DNA of 32,000 nucleotides, taken from positions 30,001 through 62,000 of the forward strand of contig NZ_SNUY01000005.1 in NCBI RefSeq assembly GCF_004376175.1. Direction: 5' to 3'. Within the stretch, counting starts at the first letter, position 1. Each line of letters opens with the position of its first letter. Shown piece after piece: positions 29,057-32,000 of the stretch. The translations under genes were made by a program, and so were the position numbers. A model generated the notes under the pieces. That model had not been told where the DNA came from. It ran no database searches and saw only the letters and a list, made by a program, of their open reading frames with translations. Source of the DNA: Halalkalibacterium halodurans (GTDB taxonomy: Bacteria; Bacillota; Bacilli; Bacillales; Bacillaceae_D).

Positions 29057-29836
29057 TTAAGGAAATAATCCTTTCCGCTTCGCCCATGAGCGAATGATTC
29101 CGTTCAACTCAGCAGGATGGTGCGTTGGTATTTGGTGTGTCGAACCATCAATGTAGACAAGTTCAAGGTCTTTCACATGATCGATAAAAGGCCTCTTCGT
29201 CGAATGAATGTAATAATCATGATCCCCGTATAAAACAAGTAACGGAACGGTTAACCGGTGAAGCGCTCTTGTCACATTTCCCTGTTTTCCAACAGCGTAC
29301 TGCTGTTCAATCATATGAGGGTCGGACTTTTTAATTTCTTTCTGGATTTCTTTTCTTACCTTCTTGTCTTGAAAATGGGCAATGGCTAATACCCATGCAA
29401 AGAAGTCAAGATGCTCGCTTCCTGTGACAGAAACGCCTAGATCGTATTGCTTTTTTAACAAAAGGGGACTCACCTCAGAAAACCCGCTAATGCTTACAAC
29501 TCCTAGACATCTGTCTGGATACATTAGAGCAAACAACTGGGCAATTAACGCCCCGTTAGAATACCCGCACACAATGGACTGCTCTACACCAAGATCGTCT
29601 AGAATCGCTTTCACATCTTCCGCCATCTGCTCAAGAGTGATTGGTTCATCCGTTGTCTCACTCCGGCCATTCCCCCGCAAATCATAGGTAATCACTTGAA
29701 AACAACTCGTGAGCCCGCGCACCTGTTCGTGAAAGGTGAGGTGCCCCATGGCTGGCGGAGGAATAAAAAGAATGGCGGTCCCTTCGCCACTTACTTCATA
29801 ATAAAGCTTCGGCCGATGTGCTGTGAAAGCTTGCAT
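29057..29836 (-). CDS. alpha/beta-fold hydrolase
   Basis: 259 aa. The nucleophile elbow is GYSNG (G-x-S-x-G). An HG-type oxyanion region (PPPAMGH) and a C-terminal His (GSTHQIP) are present. AAGGAGGGA SD precedes the start. Confidence 0.85.
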   Translation of the reverse strand: MQAFTAHRPKLYYEVSGEGTAILFIPPPAMGHLTFHEQVRGLTSCFQVITYDLRGNGRSETTDEPITLEQMAEDVKAILDDLGVEQSIVCGYSNGALIAQLFALMYPDRCLGVVSISGFSEVSPLLLKKQYDLGVSVTGSEHLDFFAWVLAIAHFQDKKVRKEIQKEIKKSDPHMIEQQYAVGKQGNVTRALHRLTVPLLVLYGDHDYYIHSTKRPFIDHVKDLELVYIDGSTHQIPTHHPAELNGIIRSWAKRKGLFP

Positions 29837-29870
29837 CTGTCATTCCCTCCTTGTCTTATCTTCCATCGAT

Positions 29871-30032
29871 TCATATGGGCCAGATCCATTGGTATAGCTT
29901 GTATCCTACATAAATACCTACAATCCCTAATATCCCTGCCAATGCAGGAGGAGCAGGGATCGGTAGCTTAATCAAAGCGAACAAAAAACCTACCGCTAAT
30001 CCTGCCACGAAGGCCAATAATAACTCTTGCAT
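29871..30032 (-). CDS. XapX-domain (DUF1427) small membrane protein, 53 aa
   Basis: Hand-translated: ATG at 30032, TGA at 29873-29871. Product is MQELLLAFVAGLAVGFLFALIKLPIPAPPALAGILGIVGIYVGYKLYQWIWPI. It has two hydrophobic segments around the P-x-P-A-P-P core that I recall as the XapX family hallmark. AGGGGA lies 4-5 nt upstream. It is below the ORF-track length cutoff. Confidence 0.7.
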   Translation of the reverse strand: MQELLLAFVAGLAVGFLFALIKLPIPAPPALAGILGIVGIYVGYKLYQWIWPI

Positions 30033-30091
30033 CGATTCCCCTGCCTTTCTAAGTGGAAACTTGGAGGATTGTCAAGCAACCCTTGTACTTA

Positions 30092-30571
30092 CTATAACCA
30101 GACTTCGAGAAAAAACCAGCCGATCATAAAAAGTTGAATCACGAGCTTTGCAATTGAGCTACTTAAAAACGCAAATAATGATGCCGTCCCAATTTGGAAT
30201 GCCAACGGAACATCGCGCTTGATGATCCACTCAGTGATAAAGACTGCTAGGAAAGGAACAATGAATATGCCGAATGGCGGAATAATAAATGCCCCCACAA
30301 TAACACCTATAATCGCAGCCCATCCTCCTGCCCTTGAGCCACCGTAACGTTTGACAAAATAACTGTTGGCGACCGCATCTGCGGCAAAAATAAGCACGGT
30401 GAACAAGGCCATCCCAATCCAAAACATCGTGCTTAATGACCCACCAATTCCCCATATGTATAAAAGAAATCCAGCCCAAATGAGCAAAATCGAGGGGAGG
30501 ATGGGAAAGATTAATCCGACAAAGCCAAGGATAAATAAAAGGACGATCACCGTCCAAAGGATAACATCCAT
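30092..30571 (-). CDS. DUF456-family integral membrane protein
   Basis: 159 aa, four to five predicted TM helices. The N-terminus ILGFVGLIFPILPSILLIWAGFLLY resembles DUF456 (YqgC-like) proteins. AAGAGGAGG SD precedes the start. Confidence 0.8.
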   Translation of the reverse strand: MDVILWTVIVLLFILGFVGLIFPILPSILLIWAGFLLYIWGIGGSLSTMFWIGMALFTVLIFAADAVANSYFVKRYGGSRAGGWAAIIGVIVGAFIIPPFGIFIVPFLAVFITEWIIKRDVPLAFQIGTASLFAFLSSSIAKLVIQLFMIGWFFLEVWL

Positions 30572-30738
30572 GTTTATACCTCCTCTTAAGATTTAACAAA
30601 GCAACGAAAGGAGCTTGTGGGCGCCTTTCGCTAAACATCTCCGTTTATACTTACGGATTGAAAGCCTTCAGGTGACAGTATATTGAACATCTTAATAAAT
30701 GCAGGATGGTTTCGATTCTTTTTCATATGAGTGTATGA

Positions 30739-30767
30739 AAACTCCCTCTCAACATTGAGAGGGAGTT
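30739..30767 (-). terminator. rho-independent terminator downstream of argS
   Basis: 13-bp perfect arms aactccctctcaa / ttgagagggagtt. The minus-strand tail is TTTTCAT. It starts 10 nt after the argS stop. Confidence 0.75.
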
Positions 30768-30776
30768 AAAAATCAT

Positions 30777-32000
30777 TTACATCCGTTCTGGTGCCTCAAC
30801 CCCAACAAGGGAAAGGGCATTTTTGAGCGTTACTTGCGTTGCTTTCATTAATGCGAGGCGCGCTTTGCTTTGCTCGTCGTTCTCTGGATTAATCACCTGC
30901 TCGGCATTGTAAAAACTATGGAGGGTGGACGCAAGCTCATGCACATAATTGGTGATCCGATGTGGCATTTGCTTTTGTGCTGCTTCGGCGACCACTTCTG
31001 GGAACTCACCAATCTTCTTCAGCAAGTCGTATTCTTTTTCGCTAGCAATCGGTGACAAATCGGTGGATTCATCAAAGGATAGACCGAGTTCTTTCCCTTT
31101 GCGTAACATGCTACATACTCGTGCATGGGCATATTGTACGTAATAGACTGGGTTTTCATTCGATTTTGATACGGCTAAGTCCATATCAAAGTCTAAGTGG
31201 GAATCGGCACTGCGCATCGCAAAGAAATAACGGGTCGCATCAATCCCTACTTCCTCCATAAGATCACGAAGGGTGACGGCTTTTCCTGTCCGCTTGCTCA
31301 TTTTTACTTTTTCGCCGTTTTGGAACAGGCTGACCATTTGAATAATTTGAACATCTAACTGATCTTTTTCATAACCGAGCGCTTGGATCGCCGCCTTCAT
31401 CCGTGGGATGTAGCCATGATGGTCAGCCCCCCAAATGTTGATCAGCTTTTCAAAGCCTCGTAAAAATTTGTCTTCATGGTACGAAATGTCCGGTGTTAAA
31501 TACGTATAACTTCCATCATTCTTCACAAGTACCCGGTCTTTATCATCACCGTATTCTGTTGAACGGAACCAAAGGGCTCCGTCTTGCTCGTACGTCTTCC
31601 CTTTTTCCTTAAGGACATTCAATGTTTTTTCCACTTTGCCCGTTGTGTAAAGAGACGTTTCCGAATACCAGTTGTCAAACGGGACGCGGAATTCCTCTAA
31701 GTCAGACTTAATTTTCTCTAATTCGCGCTTTAAGCCGTACTCTCGGAAAAATGCAAGCCGCTTTTCAGACGACTCATGAACGAACTTATCTCCATGCGTC
31801 TCTGCAAGGTCTTTTCCAAATTGAATAATGTCTTCCCCATGGTACCCATCTTCAGGCATGTCTTTCTCCATGCCAAGTGCTTGGAAATAGCGCGCCTCTA
31901 ATGACAATGCGAGATTGTTTATTTGATTACCAGCATCGTTAATGTAATACTCACGTGATACATCATATCCTGCTTTAGCAAGAATGTTGCATAATGCGTC
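30777..32000 (-). CDS. argS: arginine--tRNA ligase, C-terminal 407 codons (5' end beyond right edge)
   Basis: The track ORF 30777..31907 begins at an internal TTG. The same frame stays open to 32000 (...[38 protein letters not shown]...). MSKRTGK is the class I KMSKS motif, and the C-terminal anticodon-binding domain ends ...GVEAPERM. Confidence 0.95.
   Translation of the reverse strand, partial: DALCNILAKAGYDVSREYYINDAGNQINNLALSLEARYFQALGMEKDMPEDGYHGEDIIQFGKDLAETHGDKFVHESSEKRLAFFREYGLKRELEKIKSDLEEFRVPFDNWYSETSLYTTGKVEKTLNVLKEKGKTYEQDGALWFRSTEYGDDKDRVLVKNDGSYTYLTPDISYHEDKFLRGFEKLINIWGADHHGYIPRMKAAIQALGYEKDQLDVQIIQMVSLFQNGEKVKMSKRTGKAVTLRDLMEEVGIDATRYFFAMRSADSHLDFDMDLAVSKSNENPVYYVQYAHARVCSMLRKGKELGLSFDESTDLSPIASEKEYDLLKKIGEFPEVVAEAAQKQMPHRITNYVHELASTLHSFYNAEQVINPENDEQSKARLALMKATQVTLKNALSLVGVEAPERM

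Noticed and set aside
30231-30638. 135-aa minus-strand ORF overlapping the DUF456 gene in another frame
   Set aside because: The DUF456 frame gives a coherent multi-TM protein with a strong SD. The alternative frame is Cys/Arg/His-rich with no recognisable features.
30631-30726. 31-aa minus-strand ORF (MKKNRNHPAFIKMF...) between the argS terminator and the DUF456 gene
   Set aside because: It has no SD and no recognisable family. It sits where the DUF456 promoter/leader is expected.

Overview
This is a conserved Bacillaceae chromosomal segment, and nearly all genes lie on the minus strand. It is syntenic with the B. subtilis region argS ... ywjE(cls)-fadF(ywjF)-acdA-rpoE-pyrG-ywjG-spo0F-fbaA-ywjH(tal)-murAB-glpX-rho-rpmE-tdk. 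Left to right on the + strand: tdk (partial), a cysteine-free L31, rho, glpX, murAB, tal, fbaA, spo0F and ywjG (+). Next comes an inserted Fur-box-controlled siderophore ABC importer (two FecCD permeases plus a lipoprotein binding protein, no ATPase) with an adjacent decayed transposase fragment. Then follow pyrG, rpoE, an HD-GYP protein and a short-chain acyl-CoA cluster (icmF, TetR regulator, two acyl-CoA dehydrogenases, hbd, thiolase, fadF). The window ends with divergent cardiolipin synthase (+), a GNAT acetyltransferase, an alpha/beta hydrolase, a 53-aa XapX-type ORF missing from the ORF track, a DUF456 membrane protein and argS (partial). I saw no rRNA, tRNA, CRISPR array, prophage, defence or toxin-antitoxin signatures. 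I do not see a convincing novel multi-gene system. The most interesting signals are regulatory. They are a predicted GGGC/C-rich-terminator attenuator in the pyrG leader, a perfect Fur box, a FadR-type box upstream of fadF, and a 126-bp fadF-thiolase spacer stacking a hairpin, a cre-like site and an unassigned 16-bp palindrome. A GTCTTAG-type motif is also shared by two unrelated 5' leaders. All functional calls rest on reading the translated ORFs and on recalled family motifs; no database search was run.
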